A stretch of 64,000 bases of DNA, taken from the NCBI GenBank assembly GCA_951406725.2, contig OX597822.1, forward strand, positions 23,684,001 to 23,748,000, written 5' to 3'. Shown in pieces: positions 13,434-28,580 of this stretch. How positions within the stretch are numbered: position 1 is the first letter of the stretch; each line of letters opens with the position of its first letter. The notes beneath the pieces are model-generated. The model had not been told where the DNA came from and did no database searches. It worked only from the letters and a program-made list of their open reading frames with translations. This DNA is from Octopus vulgaris. Its lineage: Eukaryota. The translations under genes were made by a program, and so were the position numbers.

Positions 13434-14758
13434 TACTAAAATCTCGGACCGACTGTGCCTTGGATGTGAATTTGGTAGATGGAAACTACGTGTCTGTCTT
13501 GTGTCTGTGTTTGTCGCTGTTGGTTTATTTATGTTCCTATGCTGTAGCAATTTGGCAAATAGACAGATTAAAAATAGATACTGAGGTGGGTTGATCTGTT
13601 CGACGAAAGCAAAAAAAGACCCTTCAAGGTAGTGCTGGTTTATTTACATCCCTATAAAGTAGCGGTTTAGCAAAAGAGACCGATAAAATAAGTACCAAAC
13701 TTAAAAAATATATTATGAGGTGGACCGATCTGTTCTGCAAAAGCAAAAAAGATCCTTAAAGGGAATGTCCCCATCATGGTCGCAGTCCAATAACTGAAAC
13801 AAGTAAACGGTAAAAGGTAAATAAAATAACAAACAAAAAAATTAAAAGTATGGCTGACTGCAATTCTAATTAATCTGGAAACAACCAGCTTACCATTCCT
13901 CTAATTCAATTCTTTGTTTCGTAACAATTTTCAGTGGAATAAATCAGTAGAATTACAATTTATTGATTTTGGTAGATGTTTTTTTTTTCCCTCGTTCTCT
14001 AAATAAAACATTGCCGAGTTGTCGTGAAATAATCAATGAAGATATCTATAAACGAAAAAAATAAGGCATCTGCTGACTTAGCGGTAATTTAAACTTTCAA
14101 GATTTATTAGTCGTTAATACACAAGCGAATGTGTGTGCTTACGTCATGGAAAAAACTTTAAAGTAAAAAAAAAAAAATAATTAAAAACAAGAGAGACTGA
14201 AATATGAATGACACTCGTATGATGTTCTATCTATATATCGGTTGGTATTTTATTTTGCATTGTACAATTTTTATCGAATGAAAAACAAACCAAAATTCGA
14301 TATATTGAATAGTCTTGTGTTGCGTTGTGATGTGCTGTTGTCGTGTCTTTTTGTCTTGTCTCGTCTTGTCCATTTACTTGTCTCTGCATATTCATCATTT
14401 CGGTATGACGTAATAATAATAATAATAATACGGAGGTTACGTGACGGCGAGAGGACGGTCTATCGTGGTCCGTCCGACGTCCTTTCGCCGCAATCTCTCG
14501 AATCCAGACTTATTCATCATCATCATCGTATTCGTCGTCGTCGTCTTTGTCGTCGTCGTCGTCATCCTCGTCGTCGATATAATTATCATCACCACTACCA
14601 CCACCACCACCTCCATCATCATCATCATCATCATCGTCATAGTCATCTACATCGTCGTCGTCGTCGTTGCCGTCATCATCATTATTATTACTACCACAAC
14701 CACCATTATAGTCACTACAATCATCCTCAGTATCATCATCATCACCACCACCACTACT

Positions 14759-14800
<42 letters not shown>

Positions 14801-16134
14801 TACATCGTCGTCGTCGTTGTCGTCGTACGATGACATCGCTAGAGACTCTACTAGCACCCCCCAACCCCAACTCAGAGCTTACATTCCTGCATTATCTCCA
14901 CACCAAATGTCTCTCACTTTAAATTCCGAATCTCTTGTGATGAATTGCTATTCAGAATAGGAGGACAACTTGTTACTTTGCCCAATCAGATGACGGACAT
15001 CTCCAAAATAAACAAATCACGATACTATAAGCCCATCTTTTGCTTCAAAGCAGTACTCTAAAAATCTGTGCTGTACGTTGAGTGTTAGGGGTTGAGAACA
15101 TTTGAGAATTAAAGGAATATAGCGAGAGTACCGTATTTCTTAAGAGCATTTCATTGCCTCCACCTCATTCTCACCCATGATTGTAATAATGGGTACCTGT
15201 GTCTAGCGCAGTCAAAATAGCTGTTGTATTTGATGGGCATATTAGATGTACTTCAGATTCAGCAGCGTATATTCCGGGGGACAAATACTTTAAATGCATT
15301 AAGGCATATAATATAGGACCCAGAGATGATTGTTTGAGACATCCTTTGGGGGGAAAAAAAGTGCGTTTTATATGCTATCAAATAGGTATCTAATGTAGGG
15401 AGATTTGCTCTGGTTGGTTTGAATCGAGGGATGAAACAAAATGAGAATTACTCCTGGAAACCGTGGGAATCAACATGGTGGACATACAATTTCGTTAGAG
15501 GGAACAATTAAGCAATCAATAATCAACAATGGAATTTGAGATTTTGGAAGATGGAATCGTATCGATGAAATTGGCTAGGGTGATCCAGTTCCGAAAATGG
15601 AACCACAAACACAAGATCAAGTACAATCTGTGCTGACATTTATAGAACAGGCGATCGTAGATGTCATGCAACCAGCGAAAGATTTTAATCCGGGTAAGCT
15701 TAACCCGTTATTGATTTTATTGGCTTCTAATTGGGGTGTTTAAAATCATCCTTCGGGTAGGAGTTTTAATCCGTCGCCCGATTGCCTTTAACAGAATTCA
15801 CTTTATTGAAAGCATCCGCATCGGGTTTCCGGTTTGAGGATAAACTTCATCATCATCCCCACCACCCACGCACTCAGTATCGGAGGCTCTGAGCAAAAGC
15901 AAAAACAATGGATGGAGGTATAGGCACTGTCCTTCCCCCACCACATATAACCGGATTACTAGATACCCACCCCACCCCCATCTCTCTACGTGAGTGGATT
16001 AGTTTTGAACGACTCAGTCCGAAATGGTTTCTGAAATTTTGGCTTCCGAACGCATGAAAAGGAAACAACAACATTAACCACAACACAAACAACAACAATA
16101 ATAACAGCAGCAGCAGAAATAACAGCAACAACAA

Positions 16135-16206
<72 letters not shown>

Positions 16207-16294
16207 TTACTACTACTACTATTACTACAACAACAAATACCATCACCTCCTCCTCCTCCTCCTCCTCCTCCTCCTCCTCCTCCTCCTCCTCCTC

Positions 16295-16337
<43 letters not shown>

Positions 16338-16752
16338 GTATTATAATTCTTAATTTCATTTCAAGCTTGAATTCAATTTATTTTCAGACGTACTCCGAAA
16401 GAAAGAAATAAAATACGAAAAAAAAAGAAAAAAGGAATTACATTAAATTAAATCATACAAAAATAAAATAAAATAAAACGTTGTGTAAACGTAGAATTGG
16501 CATTAAATAATACAAACACGGAGAGATAATAATGTCAAAAGTAAAAATATAAAAATGATTTTGGTAAAAATAATAGTTCAGCTTGTATTATTTGGTTGTG
16601 ATGGCGAAGTTAGCGCTGTTTCGCCAAACATGGAAACGAAGAAGGACTTCACAATTGCTGAGCCACAAATCGTGAATGGTAGACAATTTTTAGTGTTGGT
16701 CGTGGAGGAGAATCGAGAGAGAGAGGGGGAGGATGAGGGATAAGTGAAGAGG

Positions 16753-16783
<31 letters not shown>

Positions 16784-16897
16784 GAGAAGGAAGAGGAGAG
16801 AGAGATAGAGTTGAAAGGGAAACAAGCAGACGGAAAGAACCAAAAGACAGAAAGAAAAAGAGAAAAATATAGAAGCGAAGAAGAGCACGATGTGTGT

Positions 16898-16929
<32 letters not shown>

Positions 16930-18841
16930 ATGTGTGTGTGTGTGAGTATGTGTGTGTGTGTGAGTGCGTGTGCGCGTATGTGTGAGGGGGTATGAATGTA
17001 TGTATGTGAGTGTATGTGTATGTGTATATATGTGCGTGTGAAGATGTGTGTGTGAAGGTGTATGTGTATGTGTGTGTGTGCGTGTGTGAAGTTGCGTATG
17101 TGTGTGTGAGTGTGTGTGTATGTGTGTGTATGTGTATGTGTGTGTGTATGTGCGTGTGTGAAATTGCGTATGTGTGTGTGAATGTGTGCATGTGCGTGTG
17201 TGAAGTTGCGCATGTGTGTGTGAATGTGTGTATGTGTGTGTGAGAGTGTGTGTGTATGTGTGTGTATGTGTGTATCTATGTGTGTGTATGTGTGTATGTA
17301 TGTGTGTGTATGTGTGTATATATGTATGTATGTGTTTGTATGTGTGTATATGTGTGTGTGAAGGTGTATGTGTATGTGTGTGTATGTGTGTGTATGTGCG
17401 TGTGTGAATGTGCGTATGTGTGTGTGTGTGTATGTGTATGTGAGAGTGTGTGTATGTGTGTGTGTCTATGTATGTGTGTGTGTGTATATGTGTGTGTATA
17501 TGTGTGTGTGTATGTGTATGTGTGTGTGTGTATGTGTATGTGTGTGTGTGTATGTGTATGTGTGTGTGTATGTGCGCGTGTGAAGTTGCGAAAGAGAGTC
17601 ATAACAACCGGGTTAAAACAACTCTTTATGGTTCTGTAGCGTTCGATAATAAATCTAAGACGAACGTTGAAGAAAGCAAACCAAACGATAGACAAGACAG
17701 AGAGAGAGGGGGAGGGAGGGGATGGGGAGGGAGAAAGAGAGAGAGAGAAGGAGAGAGAAGGGAGAGAGAGAGAGAGAGAGAGAGGGAGAGGAAGGGAGTA
17801 GCACTCCAGAAAAATAAAAATAAATAAATAAATAATTAAGATGTTGATAATAATGATGATGGTGGTGGTGGTGGTGATGGTGATGATGATGGCGACGGTG
17901 GTGGCAGTGATGACGACGGCCATAGAAGATACAACAGCTTCCTTCTGTTTGTTGTAACATTTTTTCTTTTTATTTATTTATTTTTTTTCTATTAGTCTTA
18001 TGAATCATTATTATATTCAAAGAAGATAACGATTTCGATGCCTTAGGGGGGAAAAACACATCGATATTGATAAATTTCAATCAAAGAAGTAGAGAGAGCC
18101 TGAGAGCTTGAAATGCTGATGGTTTTTCGAGAAGATTCTTCAGTATCTTGTTTTTCTTCTGATAATTTAACTATAACCATTTTCAAAGTTTATGGAAATC
18201 TGTTCGTTGGACTTAAATAGATTTTCTTCATTTGTTGTTTTGTTGTTGTTGTCGTTGTTGCTGATGTTGCTGTTTCTTTCACATACATACATACATATAG
18301 ATAAATATATATACACTTGGAAAAGGATGCGTGGCGTTCGATCAGGGAATCTATCTTTCTGCCCATTTCCTTCGTAAAGACAACACGTGCTTATACCTGT
18401 CTCCTCTCATAAGCTCGTCTTCGTAGCGATCATAATAATTTTTCTATCGTCTTAACAACCCTCACCGTTTGTTTTTACTATCTTGTTCTCACTGTTCTGT
18501 TCTTGTTACCACTTTCACCCTCCGCAAAAAATCCCAAATTTTATTTAATTTGCATTGCGATAAGGACTGTTTCACTGAAGTCGCGTCTTGTCTGTCCTTG
18601 CCTTCGCAACGCGGACTAGATAAAACGGGGACAACTGATGAAGGGGAATATTCTTTATGTTGCATGTCTCGTTTTTTTTCGTTCGAAAAAAAGTTCGTTT
18701 TCCATGTTTTTGTTTTTATGTTTTGGTTTCTCATTGTGTTCAACATTTTTTTGATGTCCTGTACCCATATATGCATGTATATATACATATATATGTAGGT
18801 ATGTACATATATGTATGTATATATGCATATATTTATATATC

Positions 18842-18888
<47 letters not shown>

Positions 18889-20698
18889 CAAATATATGTA
18901 TATATATATATAATTATAACAATAAGGGTTTTGCAACAAATTGCTTGACCACATACCGAAAATTTTAGAAATAGCAGCCAAAGGACTACTATTTCCTTTT
19001 TCTACAAAAATATGTCTCCACAGACAACAATATTTGTAAACTCATACATGGCTAAAAAAAAAGAAGAAAAATAATGAAATCAAACAGTCTTCGATTAATT
19101 ATGGACGTACGTTTCTGGATTAGAATCAAAAGATTCATTTCCTTCATCGACAAAATATTCCGATAAATAAATCTCGAAATGTTAGGAAAACTTACCCCCT
19201 ATATTTCTGACCAAGTGTCATCAGAACTTATAAAAGCTAATCAGCATATCCACAATTATATAGACGAGTGAATTCGTATTTCCCCACCAAATCCCTCTAC
19301 CACGTGTGTCACAAAAGAGTACTGCCGAAAAAAGATTCGTAGTATATATATACATATCGGATCGGTTTCTGATCGATAGGTATCCCACTTGTTCAATGAA
19401 GGCATCTATATATACAATGTATAGAATCCAGTGCAATTTTAGTGCAGGGTGCTGCGTAAAAACCTCTCGGAGTCACCATTCTCGATAAAGGTTTCAACAG
19501 TAAACGCAGGTTGCTCCAACTTAAACCAAGATGCTAAACACAGAATAAACGCTTAACCATAAGCTACATAGAAACATCATTACCACCAGCCTAATATCTC
19601 TAGTGCCATACCAATGGGCGTATAAAATATGAGAGATTTTTTTCTGTCACACCTTATATAGACGGTGGACTATTGCACACATATAAGCTTCTAACTTCAC
19701 TCTCAGGAAGAAACGACGCAACACCGTGTGTAACAAGGCTGTTAGCTCTTTCAATGTACAGATATGGTCATCCGGAAACTTTCACGGTTTTCATCGTTTG
19801 AATTTCGCCCTCAAAAGCTTGGTTACTAGAAACCCAAAATTTCGTGGAGTAGTCATTGTTTGAAATTAATTTTAGTTTATTTACAAAATACACGCGCGCA
19901 CACACACGCACACACAGACACACGCAAACATACTCACACACACGCATACACATGCACACACACACACAGACACACGTATGCTCATACACGTATACACATA
20001 CACATACATACATACACACACACACAAACATACACACAGACACACGCAAACATACTCACACACGCAAACATACTCACACACGCATACACATACACACATA
20101 CACACACTCACACGTATACACATTCACGTATACCCATACACATACATACACGCATAAACACACACACACGCATACTCACACCCATGCATATACACACACG
20201 TACACACACGCACGCATACATACACACGCATGCTCATACACACACATGCACATACTCACACACTCGTATACGCACAAAGTAGGAAAAGAGAAATTGCGTA
20301 AATGAATACTCCGAGGGATTTGATAGTGAGAATTCTAAATTAATTCTCCCTGTTCGGTGCATATTAGTAATTTAAATGACCGAGTATTCCTCAGACAGTT
20401 CTTCTACGTTTAATCCTAATCCTCAAGCGGACTCTGTATGGAATTATGTGTAATCATCCGAAGAGTTTCACGTAGTTTCCGTCAACTGAATTTCGCCCTC
20501 AAAAGCTTGGGTTGCCCTAAAGATATTCTAGAAACCCTAGGTTTCGTACATTTGAATTGAATTGAAGAACCTCATAGTCGTGAAAAGATACAGACAATAT
20601 ACCAACACGCATACCCAACATACAAAACACACATACACAATATACAAACATACACACACACTACATGCACATATACACAATATACAAACACTCATACA

Positions 20699-21070
20699 CA
20701 CTCTGTCGGTTACGACGACGAGGGTTCCAGTTGATCCGAATCAACGGAACAGCCTGCTCGTGAAATTAACGTGCAAGTGGCAGAGCAAGCCACAGACACA
20801 TCTAACCTTAACGTAGTTCTCGGGGAGATTCAGCATGACACAGAGTGTGACAAGGCTGGCTCTTTGAAATACAGGTACAACAGAAACAGGAAGAAATAGT
20901 GAGAGAAAGTTGTGGTGAAGGAGTACAGCAGGGTTCGTCACCACCCCCTGCCGGAGCTCGTGGAGCTTTAGGTGTTTTCGCTCAATAAACACCCACAACG
21001 CCCGGTCTGAGAATCGAAATCGCGATCCTATGACTGCGAGTCCGCTAACCAGTGGTCCATTGTACCTCCA
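20699..21070 (-). mobile_element. tRNA-derived SINE, family C (tail type 1)
   Basis: Head ggaggtacaatggaccactggttag..gactcgcagtc..tttcgattctcagaccgggcg; tail gccagccttgtcacactctgtgtc...ccctcgtcgtcgtaaccgacagagtg. Confidence 0.85.
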
Positions 21071-21097
21071 CGTTCACACGTAGCATACAAAATACAT

Positions 21098-21507
<410 letters not shown>

Positions 21508-21672
21508 GAATGGTTTAACAAAATACGCATACACAATATACAAACACAATACGCATATACAATCTACAAACACATTCTCATTATACGAACACACACATTA
21601 TATGAACACACACGCACATACACATACACAACTCAGGTTACGTATTTGACGAGTGTTTATGTCTAAGATATA

Positions 21673-21730
<58 letters not shown>

Positions 21731-22549
21731 GAAACAAACAGTCACATACACACATACACATAGTAACTCCGATTACGTATCTGATGAATGTATATGTGTA
21801 AGTCGCACCAACCAGTTTCCAGAACCATCGATGTAGGCTTCACTTATTACTGCGCATGAAGAATGGAACCGCTGCTTGCTGGAAATAGGTAAAACACCCT
21901 CACATCATACCTGAATGGCAAACCAAAGAGAGAACGTCTGCTACACGATTATTTGAAATGCTAGAAATAGTAGTCAAATCTTTCCTAGTTTACATCTTAC
22001 TCTATTAAAAACGGACGTGTTGGATAATATGACTAGGGGTCCTTCCCCTTGCAAGTATATTAGCTTGATACTCGGTGAAAGGAGAGTTTAACGTTGGTAA
22101 ACCTCTCAGTCTTATCATTAAAGGTGCGAAACTGAGTAATACAATCTGGTTGATAACTGATGAAGGATTAGGGACCTTCTGTGTTAGTTTTCGGTCCGTT
22201 CGTGTACTCAATATACGTTATACGTTTTCTATTTGTCATTTGTGCATTTACAATATTTTTTTTTCATTGGTTAAGAGGCACAGGAGTTCGGGTTCAGTCT
22301 TTCTTCGCGGCAACTTGGACAAATGTGTTGTTTTATTATAGCCCGGGCCGACCAGGGCCTTATGAGTGAATTTGGTGGACGAAAACTGAGGAAACCCTTC
22401 ATGAGTGTGCGCGCACGTGGGTGTGTTTGTGTTTGTGTGTGTGTGTGCGCGCGTGCGCGCGTGGGACGCCACACTTGGTTGGCAATTATATGTTTGTTAT
22501 AATTGTTATTGTTTTAATACGATGTCATATATCAACAGAAAATAACTAT

Positions 22550-22830
22550 CTAAAATGGCTGGTCAGTCCATCTCATGGTCCCAGCAGACAAAATGGAAGA
22601 GGCATTGCCCCAGAGGATGGTAAGGGAGATGCGTTGGAACAGCCATTCTGATTCAGGAGGTTCGTGCTTGCCGATAGCCATCTCCGCCCCGATAGCAGTG
22701 AACTGGGATGTAGTCCAGGAGCGAAGGGTCGAGAACGCCGGTGATCTCTCTAGTGCTACAGGCTCGACCACAAACTTGTGAGTGAGCTATCGATATGAAG
22801 GTATTTCGTAATTTTTAATTAGGCAATTGT
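22550..22830 (-). pseudogene. 3' fragment of a CRE-like RLE non-LTR retrotransposon
   Basis: FVVEPVALE...ESEWLFQRISLTILWGNASSILSA matches the CRE-type C-terminal P.A.E / L.QRIS.A..RGNA pattern. Confidence 0.6.
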
Positions 22831-23489
22831 TCTTAATCTAAAGATTTTTCGCGATTCACGATTATTTTTAACGACTCCATTCTGAGCGACGTGTGCTCTC
22901 CACCGTCACAGGGAGTACTGTCGTGCTGACTCGGCTACTCCGGCTTAAGTGTAAGCATACATACTTTTAGGCTATTTCTATAGGCAATATAACTTCAACC
23001 TAACTTAATCTTTGGTCGTGAATCTCTTTTATTAGATTTGAAAACGAATTACGAATAGATTTTATTATGATACCGCAGAACAGAATTTATTATGAGGAAG
23101 AGTTTCCATCTTTGGTTATGTGCAGCCTTCACTTAACACATCCAATATATGCGGCTCTGATTACATATGTGTCTGTCAGTTGCGTATGGTGGTTGCTGTC
23201 ACATTGTGTATGTGTTACCTGGCTTTTAGGGGGAAAAAATTCAACATAAAATCGTCGTAGCATTTCTATATATAAACCAATTTCATCATGTCTGAATATT
23301 TATTCCAGATTGTGTATTATTAAATCCGATAACAAATTGCGAGCAAATTATCTCCAGCAAATACAGCAAATCTTACAACAAATACAGAATTATTGCACAG
23401 AAAATTTTTCGATTTTGGTCGGTGTGTGGCGCTAAACTTACACATTTATAGCGTAGATGGTAGTCACTCGTAGTCTGAGAAAAAGGGCA

Positions 23490-23745
23490 TGTAATTTCTT
23501 GTGGAATAACCTGCACAAATGATAAAATTATAGCGATCAAATGGATGCGCTGTACATTAGCTCACGCCCGCCATCAAACTGACGTTGCCTGAACTGGTGC
23601 ACGGTGTACTACGCGTCAGATGTAGAAGTGATCGCAAAGCAACGTGAGGTTAAGAGTTTTGTTCAAGAACACAATGCATCACCTGGTCTAGGAATTGAAA
23701 CCACGATTTCGTGATCAGGAATGCAATACTATAACCACTGGATGC
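23490..23745 (-). mobile_element. tRNA-derived SINE, family D
   Basis: Homologous to 55194-55460 in opposite orientation (caggcaacgtc..tttgatgg, tttgatcgctataa, tcatttgtg). Confidence 0.65.
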
Positions 23746-25644
23746 ACCCTCGACACACCTTAGGTATAAACCACCGAGAACGTGACCGAGTTGGTAGTTG
23801 ATTGGCCGATTCGGTAGAGCGTCTTATAAATGACTCGTGACGTTCTTTTAAGGACCATTACGTTCTCGCAGAAATCGAGAGATTGATTTTGCCTTTCGAT
23901 ACTTTGGAATATAATTTTTTTTAACTTGTTGAGTCTGGACGAAGGAGCATTGTCCATGATCTTTGCAGTCCGTTTTATTTGTAACCAACATCTGCAGGCC
24001 TACATCTGCAGACGTGAGCAGGGACGGGATTCTAGAAGATCGATGCCCAGAGTGGAAGGCTTGGGCATAGATTTAGTACACGGCTGGGTGAGGGTGGTGG
24101 TGGTGGTGGTTGTGGATGCAACATGTGTGACGATGAGCGGACATTAACGACGACGTCGATGATGACGATGATGATGACGATGATGACGATGGCGATGACG
24201 ATGATGATGATGACGATGATGATGATGATGATGACGACGACGACGACGATGATGATGATGATGATGATAACGACGATGACCACTATGATGATGATGAGGA
24301 GGAGGAGGAGGAAGACGAGGATGAGGACGATGATAATGTATATATGTATGCTTCTATCTACCTATTTATGTATCCACATACACACACACACAAACACACA
24401 AAATATTTTTATTATTGTTTAAAACTTATCTACGGGAAAAGCGCTTAGTTGGCCGTATTATTTATTTTCTTTTCAATTTACTTCATTTACACTCAAAATC
24501 GATCACAGAAGTATAGATTTTCATGTAATGAAGACTGTTGTTTCTTACTGATGTATATTTTATTGCACATTACCCTAATTATCTGACCTAATTAATTGTA
24601 ATTATTTCCAATGAAGTAGTGCAACATTTATTTATTGTTAATGTTTAGTTTTTTATTCTCATTCTCTCTCGCTCTCTCCTTCCCTCTATTCGTCTCTGTC
24701 TCTATCTTCCTTTCTCTCTGTTTCTCTCTCCCTTCCCCCTCTGCCTCCCCCCTCTCTCTTTCCCTTGTACTTTATAGTTTATTGAGAGCCGGCAATCATA
24801 TTGCATATCAGCTTAAAGTTTCATCGACCGAGATCGCCAATAATTAACTATTGAATAGTTATACGGCGAGTCGTGGTTTAAATACCCACTCTGCTCAACT
24901 GCCATGCAGTATATCATGGTTTTATAACATTTCATAAAAATCATCTTTTGCTATAAGCCATAGGTGGCACACTACATTATTTTTTTTTCAATCAAATCAC
25001 CCCAAGATCAAACACATTGCATTTTTTTGTATATTTCTTCCCTCATATTTACCGTATGTTCCGGCATACGAGTTGATGTGTATTATAAACATTCAAACAT
25101 CGTCACTATCCTTCCAAATTATGCTGCATTTCATGTGGAATTTTTTAGTCCTCCAAAGTTGCCCTGATATATAAGTCGGCCATTTATTTTGCTGTAAATT
25201 TTGGTTTGCGAAAATTCGCCGTGTATACCCAAATATGGCATTTACCAGTTTCTATCAGTGAATTATACTCATGCTGGGGCAACGCTCTCAAATGACTTTA
25301 CTCGTTCATATTTTATCGAGTCCAGTAATTATTTCTCTCTTGTACATATTTTGCTTAAGTCTTATTTTAAGGTAGATAAATAAAAGCAAGAGTAAAAACG
25401 AACGTTATTAACGCAAAAAGGGAAAAAAAACCCTCAAAAAGACAGAAGTGAGGATAGTTAAACTAGAAAAAAAATTTAAGTAAATTGCAGGCTTTGATGA
25501 AGCAATAGCATGCTGCAGCGACACTCAACTCCGAGTGTACTGTTCTTTACAGCCGAATCAGCCATAAGTTGATGAAAGCAATTACGTAATTCCTCTTCTA
25601 TTGTCATTCATTCAGTTATTAATATCATCGTCTGTATTCTGCGT

Positions 25645-25896
25645 GGAGGCACATGGCCTAGTGGTTAGAGCAGCGAGTTCGAATCTCAGACCGGGCGATG
25701 TGTGTGTTTATGAGCGAAACCCCTAAGCTCCACGCGGCTCCGGCAGTCTGCTGACTCTTTCGCCACAACTTACTCTTTCCTCCTGCATCTTGCAACTCAC
25801 CTGCGATGGACCGGCGTCCCGTGCAGGTGGGGAACCTATACGCCAAGGAAACCGGCCCTTATATGAGCCAGGCATGGCTCGAGAAGGAACAAACAA
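25645..25896 (+). mobile_element. Family C SINE (tail type 2, V-domain-like)
   Basis: Family C head followed by cctgcgatggaccggcgtcccgtgcagg...ggctcgagaaggaacaaac. Confidence 0.85.
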
Positions 25897-26162
25897 TTTA
25901 TCTTCGGCAAGATATGAGTCCAGAGCAGACAAAAGAGTCCTGTTCTTTTTATCATTCATTTAATATTCTTACGCTCTGTACTCATCTTCTGGTTTATATA
26001 AGAGTCTATAGCGGAGGATTTCAGTGAATTCATGCCAGCTCACCGACGGAAATTAGGAACACTGTACATTATAAGTATAGTAAGCATATTGAGCACAAAA
26101 ACTGGTTATTAGTGTTACTGGAGCAAAACAGAATTGTGTGTAAGTGTGTGCATGTTCGTATT

Positions 26163-26305
<143 letters not shown>

Positions 26306-26497
26306 AGGGATAGACAGGAGATGAGAAGAAGTGAATTATTCTCAGTTGAATAGACTGGAGAATCTGAGAAATGATGTCCCTTGCTTAAGGGGACAACGCT
26401 CACCCGCTCCATGAAAGGAACCCAAATATGATTTACGACAGCCCAGGCGATTAACTCCCCAACCTACAAGCTCACAAACAAACCAATGACGTTGAAC

Positions 26498-27580
26498 TGG
26501 CAGAACCGTTACTGCAGCGGGCAAAATGCTTAGCGGCACTTCGTCCGCCTTTACGTTCTGAGTTCAAACTCCGCCGAGTTAGACTCTGCCTTTCATTCTT
26601 TCGGGATCGATAAAACAAGTCCCAGTTAAGCACTGGGTTGAAGTAATCGACTTAACACCTCCCCTATAATTGCTGACCTTGTGATAAAATGGGAAACCAA
26701 TATTTGTTCCTAGTCCAAAGCGGTGAGTTGGCAGAATCATTTGTGCGATGGGCAAAATGCTTAGCGGTATTTCGGCCGTCGTTACATTCTGAGTTCAAAT
26801 TTCAATATTTCTTTCTAGTCTGAGCTCAGATACCACCGTTGTTAACTTCACTTTTCATATTTTCGAAATTGATAAAAAAGAGAAGTATTAAATTACTGGC
26901 GTTGATTTTATCGATTTATTGATTTAAACTTTCTCCTTCAAAAGTTCCGGCCTTGTTTCGAAATCAATATTTTGTTTTATATAAAATAAATTCATGTAAA
27001 ATGGTTTCAGTTTTTGATACATAGCAAATTTTGAGTGGAAATTCTTACCTGAGTAGTTCTTTATTTTATCGACTTCGAAAGAATGTAAGACAAAATGTGA
27101 ACTCAGAACACAATAACTTAGACGAAACATCGCTAATATGTTTTTTCTTCGACAGTCTAGCAATTCTGCTAGTTCGAAATCGTAATAACATCCTTCATCT
27201 ATAAAAAATTCCGCCGTTCATCTTTACCGTTCATCTTTTCGTGGTCAATAAGTACCTATTTCTTTACTACCCACAAGGGGCTAAACATGGAGTGGAAAAA
27301 CAAGGACAGAAAAACGGATTAAATCGATTACATCGACCCCAGTGCGTAACTGGTACTTAATTTATCGACCCCGAAAGGATGAAAGGCAATGTCGACCTCG
27401 GCGGAATTTGAACTCAGAACGTAGCGGCAGACGAAATACCGCTACGCATTTCGCCCGGCATGCTAACGTTTCTGCCAGCTCGCCGCCTTCGTGATCAATA
27501 AGAACCAGTTGAACACTGGAGTCGATGTAGCCGATTTACGCTACCCCAGAAGTTGCAGGCCTTGTGTCAAAAATTTTAAA
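26498..27580. mobile_element. Cluster of family A SINEs in both orientations
   Basis: Plus copies at about 26498-26700 and 26718-26970; minus copies at about 27040-27180 and 27255-27489, the last nested in another plus copy. Confidence 0.8.
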
Positions 27581-27602
27581 TTAATGTCATCTGTAAATAA
27601 GT

Positions 27603-27893
27603 GGAATCACATGGCCTAGTGGTTAGAGCAGCGGACTCGCGGTCGAGGGATCGCGGGTTCGAATCTCTGACCGGGCGATGTGTGTGTTTATGAGCGAAAC
27701 ACTTAAGATCCACGCGGCTCCGGCAGAAGGTAATGGCGAACTTCTGCTGACTCTTTCGCCACAACTTTCTCTCACTATTTCCTCCTGCATATAGCAGCTC
27801 ACCTGCAACGAACCGGCGTCCTGTCCAGGTGGGGAACCTATACGCCAAGGAAACCAGCCCTTATGAGCCAGACGTGGCTCGGGAAGGAACAAA
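27603..27893 (+). mobile_element. Family C SINE (tail type 2) with 13-bp TSD
   Basis: catctgtaaataa at 27588-27600 and 27894-27906. Confidence 0.9.
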
Positions 27894-27914
27894 CATCTGT
27901 AAATAATTATCTGT

Positions 27915-28295
27915 AAATAGGCGTAGGCCTGGTTTACAAGCTGATTATGCAACCATGTGGTTTTAGGTTCAGTTCTACTGTAGCCCTAGTTCGACCAATA
28001 CCTTGAGAGTGAATTTGGCAGACGGAAACTGTGTGCAATCCTATCGTATACATATATGCGTGTATATGTACGTGTGTTTGTGTGTATATGTGTTTGTGTG
28101 TGTGTCCTGTCCTTATGTTTGTTCCCTATCACCGCTTGATAACCGGTGTTGGTTTGTTTACGTCCCAATAACTTAGCAGTTAAAAAGTACTAAAAAAAGT
28201 AAGTCACGGAGTCGATTTGTTCGATTCAATTCGTAAAGGTAGTGCTCCAGCATGGCCGCATGTCAAATGGCTCAAACAAGTAAAAGATAAAAGAA
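27915..28295 (+). mobile_element. Diverged family B SINE
   Basis: gagtgaatttggcagacggaaactg ... gtgctccagcatggccgca ... aaacaagtaaaagataaaag. Confidence 0.75.
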
Positions 28296-28580
28296 AAGAT
28301 AAATAAATAAGTGGTCGCCAGAAAGCAATAAATAAATAAATAGATAAATAAATAAAAGATTTTGCTATTGTCATTTCTTAGGTCAGAGTTGTTTGACTGG
28401 AGATGTCCTCAGGGAACCAAAAAAGGGATTTCTGAAATGTCGTTGCTCCAACGATATGACTGGAAGCCAAGTTGGCATCCCGTGGGGGAAAACGAAAAAT
28501 TGGTGAAACACTGACAATTGCTATCATCATCCCAAAAGGACAATGGATTTTTTTTTCGTTATATTATAATTCTAAATTTA

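Noticed and set aside
16630-16685. Possible first coding exon METKKDFTIAEPQIVN
   Set aside because: Weak splice donor, no recognisable homology and no downstream exons identified.
18395-18690. Unique minus-strand block with [13 protein letters not shown]... and a possible donor cag|gtataa
   Set aside because: No recognisable protein family; it cannot be supported without RNA data.
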